Assembly: GCA_001724265.1 (NCBI GenBank)
Contig: MEDY01000029.1
Coordinates: forward strand, 1-64,000
Length of the DNA stretch: 64,000 nucleotides
Direction: 5' to 3'
Origin: Rhizaria sp. SCN 62-66
Lineage: Eukaryota
Shown: in pieces, positions 1 to 13,094 of the stretch
How the letters are laid out: each line of letters starts with the position of its first letter
Numbering within the stretch: the stretch's first letter is position 1
The notes under the pieces: model-generated
Databases searched by the model: none
The model's input: only the letters and a program-made list of their open reading frames with translations
What the model was told of the DNA's origin: nothing
Translations under genes and position numbers: made by a program

Positions 1-1
1 G

Positions 2-97
2 TGCCGCCCCCTCTCCAAGACCGTCTCCTTCAACCTCGTCAAGATCGAGAAGGCCGGCCCTTCCCAGGACTCCCTCAAGTCCTTCGCTGGCTTCTAA
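2..97 (+). CDS. RPS11: 40S ribosomal protein S11 (uS17), 3' end only
   Basis: Translates to CRPLSKTVSFNLVKIEKAGPSQDSLKSFAGF-TAA. CRPLSKTV.FN..K is the conserved eukaryotic uS17 C-terminal motif. Truncated by the window edge. Confidence 0.9.
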   Translation, partial: CRPLSKTVSFNLVKIEKAGPSQDSLKSFAGF

Positions 98-580
98 ATG
101 CGATGTGCCCACAAGCAAAACAAAGCAGCTCCAGCTGGAGTTCAACTTGATGCTCGCTTCATAACCAGGGCGTGACCCTCACTCCAACGTGCATCGATGG
201 CGCTTCACTGTGTCGTCTCGTTGCTGGGAGAGGTAATTGCAATGGTGCTTAAGGGATTGAGAGAAGGACTCTACATTCGCAGAGGTTTACATAGCTCAAT
301 ACATCTGTGCTTCTTACTATTCTCATCTTTTATATGCTTGGCAATGCCCTTTATCCGTGTTATCACCTTCTTTTGCTGCAAACGGTTGTTGCCACCCGTT
401 GTTGCTTCTCGTCATGTTTTGTCGGGCTTTCTTGAGGAGCGTCAACCTCGCATATCCTTCGTTGTAACAGCATATATGAGATCGTTCAGAAATTTAGACT
501 TTGCGCTACCATTGGTCTTTATTTTGTTTTCTTCTCACTCCCTGATCTTCCGTGCATACTCGCTTGTTTCTTACACTCAG

Positions 581-1421
581 ATGCGCGCTTTCAATAGGCT
601 CGCCTCACCCTTCTCCGCCGCTTCTGTGCGCCCCACAACGGCGTTCCTTGCGCGCACCACGCCAGGTACTTAAACAATCTCCACTAATGTCGTGTAATCC
701 GTTACTTTTGTTTCTTTTGTTGATTTCTATATCTCGCTACAACCTTCTAACTGTTCGACTCCCCTCCCTCGTCACCTTCCCCATTGCGCCCTTCACAGCT
801 CGTCTGTTCTCCGGCATCAAGCTCACCTCCCACAAGGGCCCCCAGCAGCCCGCCAAGCTCCCCGCCAAGGGGACCGAGAGCGATCTTGACGACGACGGCG
901 CCGCCGACGACGGCAAATCCGCCGCGCCTGGGCCGGTGGACCCCGCCGACGTCACTCCGACCTACTTCCGCCTCTCCCCCAAGGCCATCGCGCGCATCGC
1001 GTCCCAGCGCGCGGCATCAGGCCCGCGCCACGCGCTGCGCGTGCTGGTCGACACGGGCGGCTGCTCAGGCTTCCAGTACCGCTACTCGCCCGCGCAGCTC
1101 CCCGACTGCGTGTCCCTCCCCAGCGACTCAACTGCTGGCGCTGCGAGCGCCGTCGATGCGGCGACGGCGGGCGCGAGCGGCCCCCTGGTCATCGCGGGCC
1201 CCGGTGAGGGCCCCCGCGTGTTCCAGGTCGAGGAGGACTTCATCTTCTCCCACGACGGGTCCGCCGTTGTCGTCGACGACGTCTCTCTGCCATTCCTCAA
1301 GTCCGCGATGCTGGACTACACCGTGGAGCTCATCCGCAGCGGCTTCGTCGTCATCGAGAACCCCAACGTGGACCTCGCGTGCGGCTGCGGCACCTCCTTC
1401 TCCCGCAAGGGCGCCAAGTGA
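581..1421 (+). CDS. ISCA2: Mitochondrial A-type Fe-S cluster assembly protein (ISCA2/Isa2-like)
   Basis: Exons 581-665 and 799-1421 with a phase-consistent GT..AG intron. Arg/Ser/Ala-rich presequence MRAFNRLASPF. Motifs GGCSGFQY, LDYTVELIRSGF and ENPN..CGCGTSF. Ends in TGA. Confidence 0.88.
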
Positions 1422-1843
1422 TGAGCGCGCGGCGGCTAAGCGGATAAGGGGGTACTTAGATGGGGACGCGAGAGCATTGGCACCTTACTGCGACTGCGGC
1501 GATGTGAGAGAGTGATTCCACTCGATATCTGTTATGTTTTTGTTGTTGTTATTGTTAATGTGTGAGTCTATTGTGAGTGCTGCTAGTTTATGCTATGCTA
1601 TGCACACGTTTTGGTGAGCTAAAGGCAAGGCCATGCTATTTGCTTTACATTAGTCAGTCAATGTCGATAACCAAACAAAACTATTTATTGTTTTAACCAT
1701 GCGTGTAATACAAAACATCAAATCTTATTACTATTTAAGCTTCCGAACTTCTTCCAAAAAGTGCAATTGTAATTCATAAACAACGAAGCGTTGTCCTCGT
1801 CAGTGCTTAATGCTTTTGACCGTTCAAGTCTAATTTAGCTCTA

Positions 1844-4800
1844 TCACCGAGACTCACCGCGAACGACGCTATTGGCAGACGCGGATGCCGCCGCGAGCGC
1901 AGCTGCCACAGCCGGTGCCACACAGTAGCCCGCAAGCATGTGTTTATCGAGGAAGCGGGCGAGTTTCTCAGCGGGCGTCAAGAATGGATCCCGCACAGCG
2001 TATGCTGCGAGCGCGAGCAGCGCGTCCCCGAAGAGCGAGTACGTCAGCACAGGCTCGACAGCGACCGGGGAGTTGCTGCCGCCGTGCCCGCCGCCATTGT
2101 TCACACTCGCTCCGTTTTCAACCGAGGGCGCCAGTGCAGCGTTGCTGTGACTCTGCGACACGGTATTGCCACCCGCGGCCGCTGCGGCGTCGGCAGAGGC
2201 GCACGCGGCGAACACATAGTGCAGCACTGAGAGCAGGGTGCTCGACCCCGCCGCAATAGACATCGAGCTGGGGAGAGAGTGGGCGACGAACTCCGCTGCA
2301 AGGGACGGCGACAACGCAACGCCCACGGTCACTTGCCCCGCCGGGCCGCCGTTCACGCCGCCATTCACGCCATACGCGCTGCTGCCCAGAGCGGCGGCGG
2401 CGTTGCTCGTGTTGTTCAGCGCGGCGGCCGCGGCGGAGACCGGCGACGGCGCGGCCAGCTCGCTGAGCGACTGGAAGAGCCGCGCAAACGCCTTGAATGG
2501 CATCGTGAGTGAGAACAGCGACTCGGCGGGCACGAGCAGCGGCAGCGCGGCGGCGCCCACCGCGGCGGCCAGCTCCACGGGCGGGGCCGTCACGCGGCCG
2601 TGCGCGGTGCCAGCGGGGGAGCGCGCGTGGGCCGCGACTGAAGCGATAAGCTTTGCACCGATATTGCGGTCGAGCAACTGACGGACGGTCTTCAGCAACG
2701 GCACGGTGACGCTGACACCGGAAGCCGTGACGGAGGGCACGCCGCCGGGGCTGTTGGGGACGGCGCTGGGACTCGCAATGGGGAGCGAACTGATAGGAAA
2801 GCAACGTGGACAAGAAAGTTGACAAAGAGAGCGTGTGTAAGAAAGATCATCAAGGGATGAAACATGATAGCAAGAATAAAAATATTGCAAAGTAATACAC
2901 GATATTTGACGCATTATGTTTGTTAAAGTGCGAAATAGCGTACCTGGCAAGCAGCGCCGTGGCCGCCGCGGCCGAGTCAGCGGCTGCGATGGCGAAGGCC
3001 GCGAACACAGTCGCAACCCACGGCCGCCGTGCAGCCAGCACCGCGGCCACCGCGGGGTCCGCAACGCGCGCGCGGAAGGCCGCCGTGGAGGACGCGGCGG
3101 CGCGGGGCAGGATGTCCCGCGACAGGAAGTGCTCCAGCTTCAGCGACAGTGACGAAGCGCCGTGGTAGCGAACATTCGCGAGCCGTAGCAGCGCCAGCGG
3201 CAGAGTGACGGCCGTCAGTGGGGGCGCTCCGGCGGTCACGGCGCTGCCGCTCGCGGCGGCTGCGGCTGCGGCGGCAGCGGCAGTGGCAGCGGCAGTGGCG
3301 GCGGCATTGGCAGCGGCTGCAACTTCGGCCGCCGCCGCACTACCGCTGCTGTTGTTGTTGTTACTCTCAGAGCCCCACAACGCTGCGTGGCGCGCCGTCT
3401 CAGCCGCGCGCGCGGTCTCCGCAGCCTTGGACGCCGCAAAGTGTTGTTCTAGCGCGGCCTGCGCCAGTTCAGCCCCCGCGAGCACGGTGGCGTGGAACGC
3501 GTGGCGGATCGTCACCGTCTTCAGGGGCTTCGCTGCGGCGGCCGCGGCGGCCGCCGTTGCTGCCGACGCCGCGGCGGCGTTGCTGAGCGTCAGCTGTCCG
3601 CCGCGCGCGTGCGCCGGGACGGGCGTCGTAAGGGCGCAGTCGTACGACAGCTGCTCAAACGCCTCGAGACTAAGCACCGGCGGCGGCAGCGACCACAGCG
3701 CCGCGCTCTCGTCGAGGTAGCTCGCGGCGCTGGTGCTCCCGTACTCGGCGCTCGGGTTGCGGCGATGCTTGTGCGACGGCTTGCGCGCCGTCCCCGGCGG
3801 ACTGTCGGCGTTCCCACCGCCGTTCGCACTGCCAGACTTGTCGTTGGTGGTCACAGAGTCGCCAGCAGTCTCGATCGCTTGAGCGTTGCGGCGGCCGAAA
3901 GTCTCATCAAGCGCGGCCGCGTGCGGGGCCGCTGCGGCCTTGCGGCTGGCGCTGTTGGAGCTGCTATGGCGCGCGGTGCAAATCGGGTCGAAGCGGCCGG
4001 GCACGGACGCAACGGCGGGCGAAGACGAATAGAAGGCGAACACGCGAGAAAGCGCCGGCGCGTGGTGCGATAACACATGGCGCACGCGCGCAATCTCGCG
4101 CTCGCGCTCGCGGGCGCTGACCGCGGGGCCGAGCAGCCGCGCGACCGTGTCCGTGACGGCCGTGGAGGCGGCGGCCGCGGCGGCGTCGCGCGCCGTGTCC
4201 GCGCCGGCCGCGAGGGCCGTGGTAAGCGAGGCTGACACGCCCGCGGCGGCCGAGGCGTTGGCGGCGGACGCGGCGGCCGCGGAGGCGGCGGCGGCGGTGC
4301 GGTGAGCGCGCCGGTGCGTGTGCACCACCGTCACAGGCGCAGGCGTCGATGGGCTCGCACTGTCAGTCCCACTGGTCCCGCTACTGTTCCTGCCTGCACC
4401 GCTGACGCTGCCGCTGCCACTGGTCTTATTCGCGCCCGTGAGGCGCTCAGCGGTGGCAAGGCCCTGCGCGAGCGCCTTCGTGGCCGCGGCGGAGGCGACC
4501 GCGTCGGCCGCGGTGGCGAACCGGGCCGCAAGCGGCGTGGCGTCGTACCCGTGGTGCCTGTGGGGGAACACGACGCCCCGGAACACCGACAGCGCGTCCT
4601 TGCCTTTCACCGCGCCGCTCCCGCCATCGGCCGCGGCGCTGTAGTCGCCGCCGCTTGTGCCGAACAGCGCGCTGCTGCTCGCGCCACCGTTGGCGCCCGC
4701 GGTGCAGTTGGACAGTGCGTCCGCGTCGTCGACCTCCTCGGTGTCGACGCCGGCCGCGCGGCGGGCGAGGATAGCCGTGACCAGGCCCTGCACCTTGGCG

Positions 4801-7800
4801 CGCACCGCGGCGCCGGCGCGCCTGCGAGCGGCCGTGCGCGTGCTGAGGGCGGAGAGCACCGCGGTGACCGTGGCAAGACGCCCGATGAAGGCGGCGGCGA
4901 CGGCGCGGGGCACCTGCGGCGCGGACGGCACAAAGCAGTTGCTGGAGTTGGCGGCGGCGGCAGTGGAGGAGGCTGGCGGCGGGAGGGCGCGGATGCGGCA
5001 CCACAGCGACTCGAGCGCGCGCAGTTCGGCGGCGAGCGCGGCGAGAAACGGCCGCGGCGGGGACTGAGCCAGCAGCGGGGGCATCACCACGGGCAGAACG
5101 GTGGTCAGCATCGGCTGCGAACCATTAGCGCCGCCAAACGCTGCCGAGGACACTGGAGCGGTCGTGGGGCGAGCGCTCGAAGACGGGAAGAGAGAACTGC
5201 GACTGGTGCTGGGATCGCTGAAGAAGTCGTTGCCACTGACCGTCTGTGTGAGCGCCTGAGGAGTGAGAAAGCTCAGAGGCTGCTGCGATGCATTAGTATG
5301 AGAGGCTGATGAATTGTTGCTGGTGGTGGGCAACCGCGACTGCGAGCTGCTGTTCGCGTTTGGCAGTGACGCGCCGAACGTAAACGCGTCGCGCCTCGAC
5401 CCGCGCGGAGTCCCACTACGACTGTCACTGCCGTTGCCGTTGCCGTCACTAAAGCTATTGCCGGTGCTGTTGCGGGAACTGCTGCGGCTCGGCGTCACAG
5501 CGCGGTGCGAGCCGCTGCCGCCGCCGCCAATGACCGTGAGCGGCTGCCTGACTGTGATGGGGATGGTCTCCCGCGGCGCAGCGGGCCGCGCCAGCATCGT
5601 CAGCGCTAACACCAACAATAACGATGAAGGTTTGCCGGCAGCAATCTCGCCCGCCGTGACCAGTCCGTGCAAAGGCACGCCGGCGACTGCGAGAACGGCG
5701 AGCACGCGCGACGCGCGGTCGCGGCCGTCCGCGATGCCGGCCAGCGGCTGCGGGCGCGCGGGCGCATACGCGCGCGCGAGGGGCCGGAGAGCGCGGCCGG
5801 CGTTGCAGAGCAGGTTGCCAAGGCGGATGACGGGCGTGACGGTGAACGCAGACGCGGCTGTGGTGTTGGCGCCGTTTGCGGGGTTGATGTTTAGAGCGTT
5901 CGAGCTCGCGCCATCCGCGCCAGTGCTGTTCGTGGTGTTACTATTGCTGTTTGTGGGCGTGGGGCTGTGCGGCGAGCCCGCAGGCGCGAGGGCAGTGGGG
6001 GCGCTGAGTTCGACGCCGCTCACCGTGAGCAAACTCATCATCACATCGCCGCCACCGCCGTCAGGACCCGCGCCGGCGCCCATCGCAAAGGCGGACACCG
6101 CGGCGGTGTAATCAGCGTTCGCCGCCGCCGCCGCCGCCGCTGCCGCGGCGCGGTCGAGCGCGCTGGTCATGGCGCTGCGCGCGGACGTCGGCCGCGAGCC
6201 GGGGGGCGTGGCCGCGGCGCTGTCACTCTCACTTTCACTCTCGGCCGCCGCCGTGGGGCCCATCAGCGCATTGCCGTTGCCGCCGCTGCCGCTGAGGCTG
6301 GACGGAGACCACATGATGGCGGAGGGCGCGGAGAGGCCGAGCAGAGCGTCCGAAGTTGCCAGGGCTGCGCGGACCGTCGTGAGCGGGAATGCTCGCACAA
6401 GCGCATTCAAATACCGGTGCAGCTTTTGTTCATACACGCTGGGGACGGCGGCGGTGGCGCCGGCACTGACGCCGGCACTGCTGCTGCTACTGCCCGCGTT
6501 TGAAGTGGCGACGGAGGCAGCGAGACCGAATGCAGGGGGCGGGTAGGTGGCGGCCGCGGACAAGGGCGGCCATGCAGCCGGCTGGGGCAGCACCAGCGGG
6601 AGCAAGCCGCCGGGAGGAGCCGGGGCGCGCCGGCGGTTAGAGCCCGCCGCAGCGCCAGCGCCAGTGACGCCGTCAGACGTCGCGGAAAACGAGCTGAACG
6701 GCGTGAAGGGCGCTGAGAATGGGGACGGAATGGGGAAGATCGCGCTGCTGGGAGCGGTAATTGTCGTGGCGCCTGCGGCAGCAGACGCCCAGGCCGCTGC
6801 CTGCGCCAACACCGCGGTTGCGGGCGCCGAGCGGGCCGCGCCGCCGCTCTTACGCGACTGCGGCTGCTGCTGCTGGTGCTGCTGCAGCGCGGCCGTGTTG
6901 CTGTTGTACCCGGCTGCCGAGCCTGGCCTGGCGGGGGCCGGGGACAGCGCGCGGCTGCTCGAGTGTTGCGATGACGACGAGGGCAAGATGAGCGCGGCGG
7001 AGGGCGGGTTGGCTGCTGCGCCCGGGACGCCGGTGCCGGCGCGTGACGACTCGAGCAGCATCGCCACGGGCGCCAGCGGGGTCGGCGCAGACAGCGCGAT
7101 CGCGAGGGGGTTCGGGCACACGACTCCGGCGCTGACGTCGGGGGCCCCTGCGCTATCGTCGTCGCCGCCGCCAAGCCCGCCGCCGCCGCCTGCGAAGCCC
7201 GCGAAGCGGTCCGCGGAGCCGGAGCCGGAGCCCGCGCGGTCTCCGGAACTGAGCCCAGCGCGGGGCCGCGCTGCGTAGGCCGAGTCGGGGAAGAGCTCGG
7301 GGAACAGCGAGCGCGCGAGCCGGGCCAGCGTAGCCGCGTCGGCCAGCGCGCCCCAGCTGTGCATGCGGGGTGGCGCTAGCGCGGCGGCAAGAGCCTCGCC
7401 GGTCGGCAGAGGGGCTACGGCGGCGGCGGCCTGCGCGGAGGCGGCGGCGGCGGCGGCGGCGATGGAGCCGCGGGCCACAGTCTCCGCGCTACTGAGACCG
7501 CTGTTGTTGCTGCTGCTAGCCTTAGGGTTAGAGCTGGCTGTGACAGGGGCGGCGGCCGAGGCGGCGGGGAGAGTGACCGGCGCGATCGGGGGCGCGCGGT
7601 CCAGCGCAGCGGTGGCCCACGACACAACCAGCTGCTGCGGCGAGAGCGCTTCCAGCTGCAGCGCCAGAGCGCGCGTCTCAATCGCCTCCTCCGCTGACAG
7701 CGCAGAGAGACGCCGCAGCAACGCGGCGCGCTGGGACTCGGTCAGAGGCTTCTTCGCTTTGACTGTGGCCACGCTGTTCGCGCTCGTCGGCGAGCGCGCG

Positions 7801-10800
7801 GCGGGCAGCGGAGCAGCGGCCGGCTGCTGCAGCAGCGCTGCGATCGTGCGGTCGACGCGGTCCGCCACTGGCACCCAGCGGCGCGCGCGCCACGACGGCG
7901 CGGGCTGCGGGGGCAGCTCCACGCTCGCCACCGTCGCCGCGCCAGCGCTCAGCGCAGAACTAGCGCTAGAGCCAGTGCTGCTGTACATGGAAGAAGACGA
8001 GGCGTATGCGCTGCGGCGGCGCGGAGTTGCGCTGTTTGCACCGCTATTTGCAGCCCCAGCGGCGTCGGCCAGCGACTTCTTCAGCGTCGCTGATTCGCGC
8101 GCGTACTGGGCGTAACTATCCGCAAACGCGTCCGCGGATGGCGGCGTCCAGCGGGGGGAGATGCCGTCCCCGGCGCTGCCACCCACGGTCACAGCGACGG
8201 CGCTGAGTCCGTCCATGGCGTTGGCGTCGCCCTCATCGTCGTAGGCGTCGTCGTTGCCGTCGATGCCACCGCCGAAGGTGCTGTTGGTGCGGGCGTGCCG
8301 GCCTGCGCTGTGACTGCTTTGCTTAGGATGCGACTGAGACTCGAGCATCGCTTCCAAATAGCAAAGCGCCTCAACGTCGTCATAGGGAAACACAACGCTG
8401 CTGCTGACGCTCACGTGCGAGTGCGCTGCAGCGCCAATGACAGCCTCGGCGTCGGCCTGCGTGGCGGCGTCGACACGCGCGGCCGCCGCAGTGTATGCGC
8501 GTGCAATAAGCCGCGCCTTAAGGCGCCATGGTGGCAGGGAACGCTCGAGCGCGCTCAGTTTCCCCGCGGCGGCCAGTGCGGCGGCGTCAGGGGCAAGCGC
8601 TCGGAGCACCTTGCGCAGCTGCGGTAAAGCAGAGCACTCCGTCACGGCGCTAAAAGCAGACGCAGAGGTCGTTGCTGCTGCTGCTGGTGAAGCTGGCGAA
8701 CTGTTACTGGCAGCATCGGGAAAACTGCTGCCACTAACCGGCCCGTTGCCGCCACGGACACCGAGACCGTCTAGGGGGGACGGCGGCGCGAGCGGGTCCG
8801 CGGTCGCCGCGGGTGCGAGCCACACGCCGCGCTGCGCCAGCACGGCCGCAAAATCATACTGATACCCGGCGCCTGCGGCCAGCGCGGCGCGGCGGCCGAC
8901 GCTGTCGCGCGCGGGCGCGAGCTGCGTCCAGTCAAGCGAGCCCTCGCTGAACTCGCTCAGGCCGAGCGCGGCGGCCTGCCCGCGCGCGCGCTGCAGCGCG
9001 GCAGTCACCAGCGGCTCTGTAAGCACCGGGTGCGGCCGCACTGGGTGGGTCGCTTCGGCCGTGAGCGCGCGGGAGAGCGCGCCGTCGATGGCCAGCGCGG
9101 CGAGACGCAGCGCCTGCGCGCGGGCGTGCGCGTCAGGCAGCGAGGAGCGCACGCGGGCGGCGGCGGCGCGCGCGGCGACCAGCTCGTCCTCGGCCGTGCG
9201 CTGAGTGCGCGATACGCGGACCCAGGCGCGCCAAGCGAGGAACACGCTCGACTGTAGCTCTAGTGAAGACGCCTGGGTAACAACAAGAGGGCCGCGGGCG
9301 CTGCTAGCGGCGTTGCTGTCGTCGTCAATGCTAGTTTGGTCTCTGGTGGACGTTGCGGGGCTTTGGAGTTGGCCAGTCGCAGCCCTAAACAAAGGTGAAT
9401 ATTGATTAAAATAAAAAACGACGTTAGGAGGTTATTATGATTCAAGTGAAATGTAAGTCCAGGTTCAAAAATGAAGATATTGTGAATTTTGGTTCAACAC
9501 GCACCGTGTCCACCCGCTTTCGCCCTGAGTCGCCGTCTTCGCTCGAGACAGCTTGCGGTCTGCATAGTCGTCGCCAGAGTCGTTGTCGCCACTCCCGGGC
9601 GCGTACACCCGGGACGCGAGCTCAGGCACCAATCCTGTGGTGACCGTGGGCTCCTGCAGCACGGTAAACCGCGCCCGCAGGTAGGCGACGTAGCGCTGCC
9701 GGCACACGCGCTCACGCGTCACTGCGCGCCAGGCGCGGATCCCCGCGCGCAGCCGCTCTTTGCGGCCCTCTTCCGTCGCCCGCCGCGCAGTACGCCGCAG
9801 CAGCGCGCGCAGGCGAGCGTGGCGGGGGCCCGCGGCGGCGATGGCGGCGGTCAGCTGGCGCTGGAGGCTGCGCACGGTCACAATCTCCTGCTGATATTGC
9901 CCCCGCTGTTGCTGCTGCTCACTGTTCCTGGCGGCGTTCGTGGTGGCGGTGAGTGGGATCAAGAGAGCGCCGGTCAAGTGTGCGAGCAACGAGCGCAGGG
10001 CACGCGCCGCAGCCGGGATCGGGGGCTCTAAGGGGTTGATCGTGACACTGGAGTCGCCGCCTCTGTTGTTATCGCAGCCCACAGTCAGAGCTTTGTGGTT
10101 GCTGGAATTGTTGGGGTGGAAGGGAGCTGTGGGTGTGCCGGCAGTGAAATCGATGTTCGACACTGAGGCTGAGCTCGGCCGAGAGCGTGGCTTGCCGCTT
10201 GCCGTAGCAGTATCAGCAGTGGAGTCAGCTAGATTGTTGTCTGTCTCATTCGGCGCGAAGGCGCGCGAGAGTGTGACACGCGATGATGACGCGATCGCAA
10301 CACTGTTGTTTGTGTTGCTCAAAGCATTGCTGTTATTGTGGTTGTGAAACGATAGAGTCAGGGACTCGAGCATCGCATCAAGCGCAGACAATGCACGCCA
10401 GTCGCCGTGTTCGTCACTCCCGTCATCATCGTTATCGTCCTCGTCGTCATCATCACCATTCGCGTTGCCGCATGAGCCGTTAACAGTCCTCTTGACTGCC
10501 GGCGGCGGCGGGGGCGGGCCAATCGCAGCCGACGCGGCCGCCTTAGCGTCTGCCTCAGCCACGGCCAGCGCCGCCGCCGCCGCCGCAGCCTGTCCGACCG
10601 CGAGCGTGCGCTTGCCCGGCGTCCTCCCGGTCGCGAGCAGCAAAGCGCCCGCGTTGCCACCCGCGGTTGACATAAACTGGCCGCTCTTATCGCCAGCGGC
10701 TGTCGCACCGCTCATGACAAGAGCGTGCGTTGTGTTAAGCGTGTTGTTGTGCGTGCTCGGCCGCAGCGTGCTGTTCCACGTCCCGTGGACGCGGCTGTTA

Positions 10801-11711
10801 ACAGTCTCGGGCAGCAGGGTAACGCCGTCCGCTGCAACTGTGTTGGCGCGGGACGACAAAGGACGCATGTAGCGGGGGCGGGACGCCACGCCGTAGCTGC
10901 GCGCGCTCAGCGCACCGGACCAGTTGCTGTTCGCCCCTGCACTCGCATTCGCGCTCGCAGCACTTGCACCAGATATGGCGCTGAGAGTGTTTGCGGTGAA
11001 GGCGTCTGTGGTCATGATGTTCGTAGTGCCCGCTAAAGTAGGGTGCGGAGTCGTGTGCGGCCGCGGCGGCAGCGGTTGCGTGCGCGACAGGCCGGGGCCC
11101 GCCGCGGCCGCTGTTGGATTTGCGGCAGCGGCGTGGCTTGCGGGGTGAGCAGGGGCGGCGAAGCCAGTGGTCGTGTATGCAGCGGCGTTATCAGGGTTCG
11201 AGTTGTTCGCGAACGTGTACGACGAGGACGACACAGTCACGGGCGCGGCCACGTGCGCGGCAAGCAAGGCGGGTGCGGGCAGCTGTTCGGGCCCGTGCGC
11301 GATGGCCTGGTACTGCTGGTCAAAAGTACTCGCGCTCTGCGACTGCGAAGACGACCACACTTTCGTCGCCGGCGTTGACAGAGTGGCGTGCGACGCCACG
11401 GATTTGCGCACGGCGATACGCGCCGCGGACACCGCGCGGGCGGAGGTGGGGATCGCGTGAATAACAGCCGTGTCACTCTCGGCAACCACGGTGCCCGCGG
11501 CGGCCGTGGAGGACGCCAGCGGGAGAGAACGGACCAGCGACTGCGTCAGGTGGTGGTTGGCGAAGGGCTGCTCCGTCGGGGCGTAGCCTAGACGCTGTTC
11601 GAAACGGCTCCGCATCGGAGATATGCCCAAGAGTGGGTTTCCGCCTGAGGTAGACGGACGCGACAGAGGGGCGCCACCGGACGTCGCGGGACGTTCGGCA
11701 GGGGCGCTCAT
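1844..11711 (-). CDS. Giant (~3200 aa) low-complexity protein with a dispersed calponin-homology-like domain; probably cytoskeletal or flagellar
   Basis: Exons 11711-9505, 9384-2944 and 2789-1844 join in phase via GTGCGT..TAG and GTACGC..CAG introns. LEALSPQQLVVSWA, LADAATLARLARSLFPE and VTAGEIAAGKPSSLLLVLA resemble plastin/fimbrin CH helices. C-terminal helical region LTYSLFGDALLALAAY..DPFL..EKL..F. Ends in TGA. Confidence 0.7.
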
Positions 11712-12158
11712 CGGGGCTATTGTTACCGTGAGCAAGTGGAGTTGAGAAAGTAGTCTGCAGAAGGGTATAAATAGGTTTGTTTAAATATTGAGCAAATCAG
11801 CTAATTAAAACAGAGGCATTTCATTCGTATTTGATTCTAACATTTGTAATGACGATCAAAATAGTGCATTGGAGTAGTTCGAACATGCTCGATTTTGAGC
11901 TCGCCGTCTGTAACGGATTGCCAGTGTAGCCCGCCACAAGCTCTGCTCCGCAAAAAGAGCACTGTTACACAATTATGTATTGTTATATCGTGTCACTTTC
12001 ATTCAAGATTGAGATATAGCATATCAAGCTAGTTTTACATATAATTTATCTGCAGAAATTATGCATGTAGCCATATATCCGGTATAAACATCTTTGTATT
12101 GAGTAGTAGTTCACGTTGATATTGAGTTATAAGAGCCCGCAAGCCCATTTAACCGCGC

Positions 12159-12761
12159 TTAGTCGGTGATGACGGCGGCCTCCTGCTTCTCCAGCAGCTC
12201 GATCTTGTACCCGTCGGGATCCTCGACGAACGCAAGCACGCGCGTGCCGTGCATCATGGGCCCGGCCTCGCGGACGACCTTGCCGCCCGCGGCCTTGATG
12301 GCGTCGCAGGTGGCGTACACGTCGTCGCACTCGAGCGCGATGTGCCCATAGGCGTTGCCCAGGTCATACTTGTCCGTGTCCCAGTTGTGGGTGAACTCGA
12401 GGACGGTGTGGGAGTCCTCGTCGCCGTAGCCCATGAAGGCGAGCGTGAAGCGGCCCTTCTCGTAGTCCTTGCGGCGCAGAAGCTGAAACGCGGACCAGCC
12501 GCAAACAAAGAGACATCAGAACGAAAGGTTAGGATTTAGCAATTATAAACAGTCAAATGCAACAAAGCTAAGCTATACAGTGAACCGACAAGATTAAGTC
12601 GATCCGCGTGAAAGAGATGCATCGACAACGAGATGATGTCGGAGAATAGGGTCTGGATGAAGAATCCAAGGGCTGCGTACCTTCATGCCAAAGTGCTTGG
12701 AGTAGAACTCAATAGTGGCCTCAAGGTTGCCCACGCGAAGCATGGTGTGAAGAAGACGCAT
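12159..12761 (-). CDS. GLO1: Lactoylglutathione lyase (glyoxalase I), short bacterial Ni2+-type, 134 aa
   Basis: Exons 12761-12681 and 12482-12159 give MRLLHTMLRVGNLE..GMK|LLRRKDYEKGRFTLAFMGYG..LEFTHNWDTDKYDLGNAYGHIA..REAGPM..FVEDPDGYKIELLE, a classic GloA sequence. Ends in TAA. Confidence 0.95.
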
Positions 12762-13094
12762 TGTGGTGCGGTTTCTGTCAAGTAGGGAAGCACATAGAAA
12801 AGGGCGAGGTTGTGGCTGTCAGCGGTCAACCGGATGCATCATGGCTGACATCGAATCTCACACGTCAACTATGATTGACTCAGACCGTTACTGCGTGTCA
12901 TATATTGATATAATAGACAATCCACAGGTGAAAACATTTCTGGTATATTATATCTCTAGCCACAAACGTTAACCTTGACTTTAACTATTTTCGTTAATCT
13001 CCTCATTGCCCTCAGTCCCCAACAGCAATAGCTCCCGAACTATCTGCTTTAGACAAGCTGAACCCGCGCCTAACAACGCTCGCTGCGGCTATCA

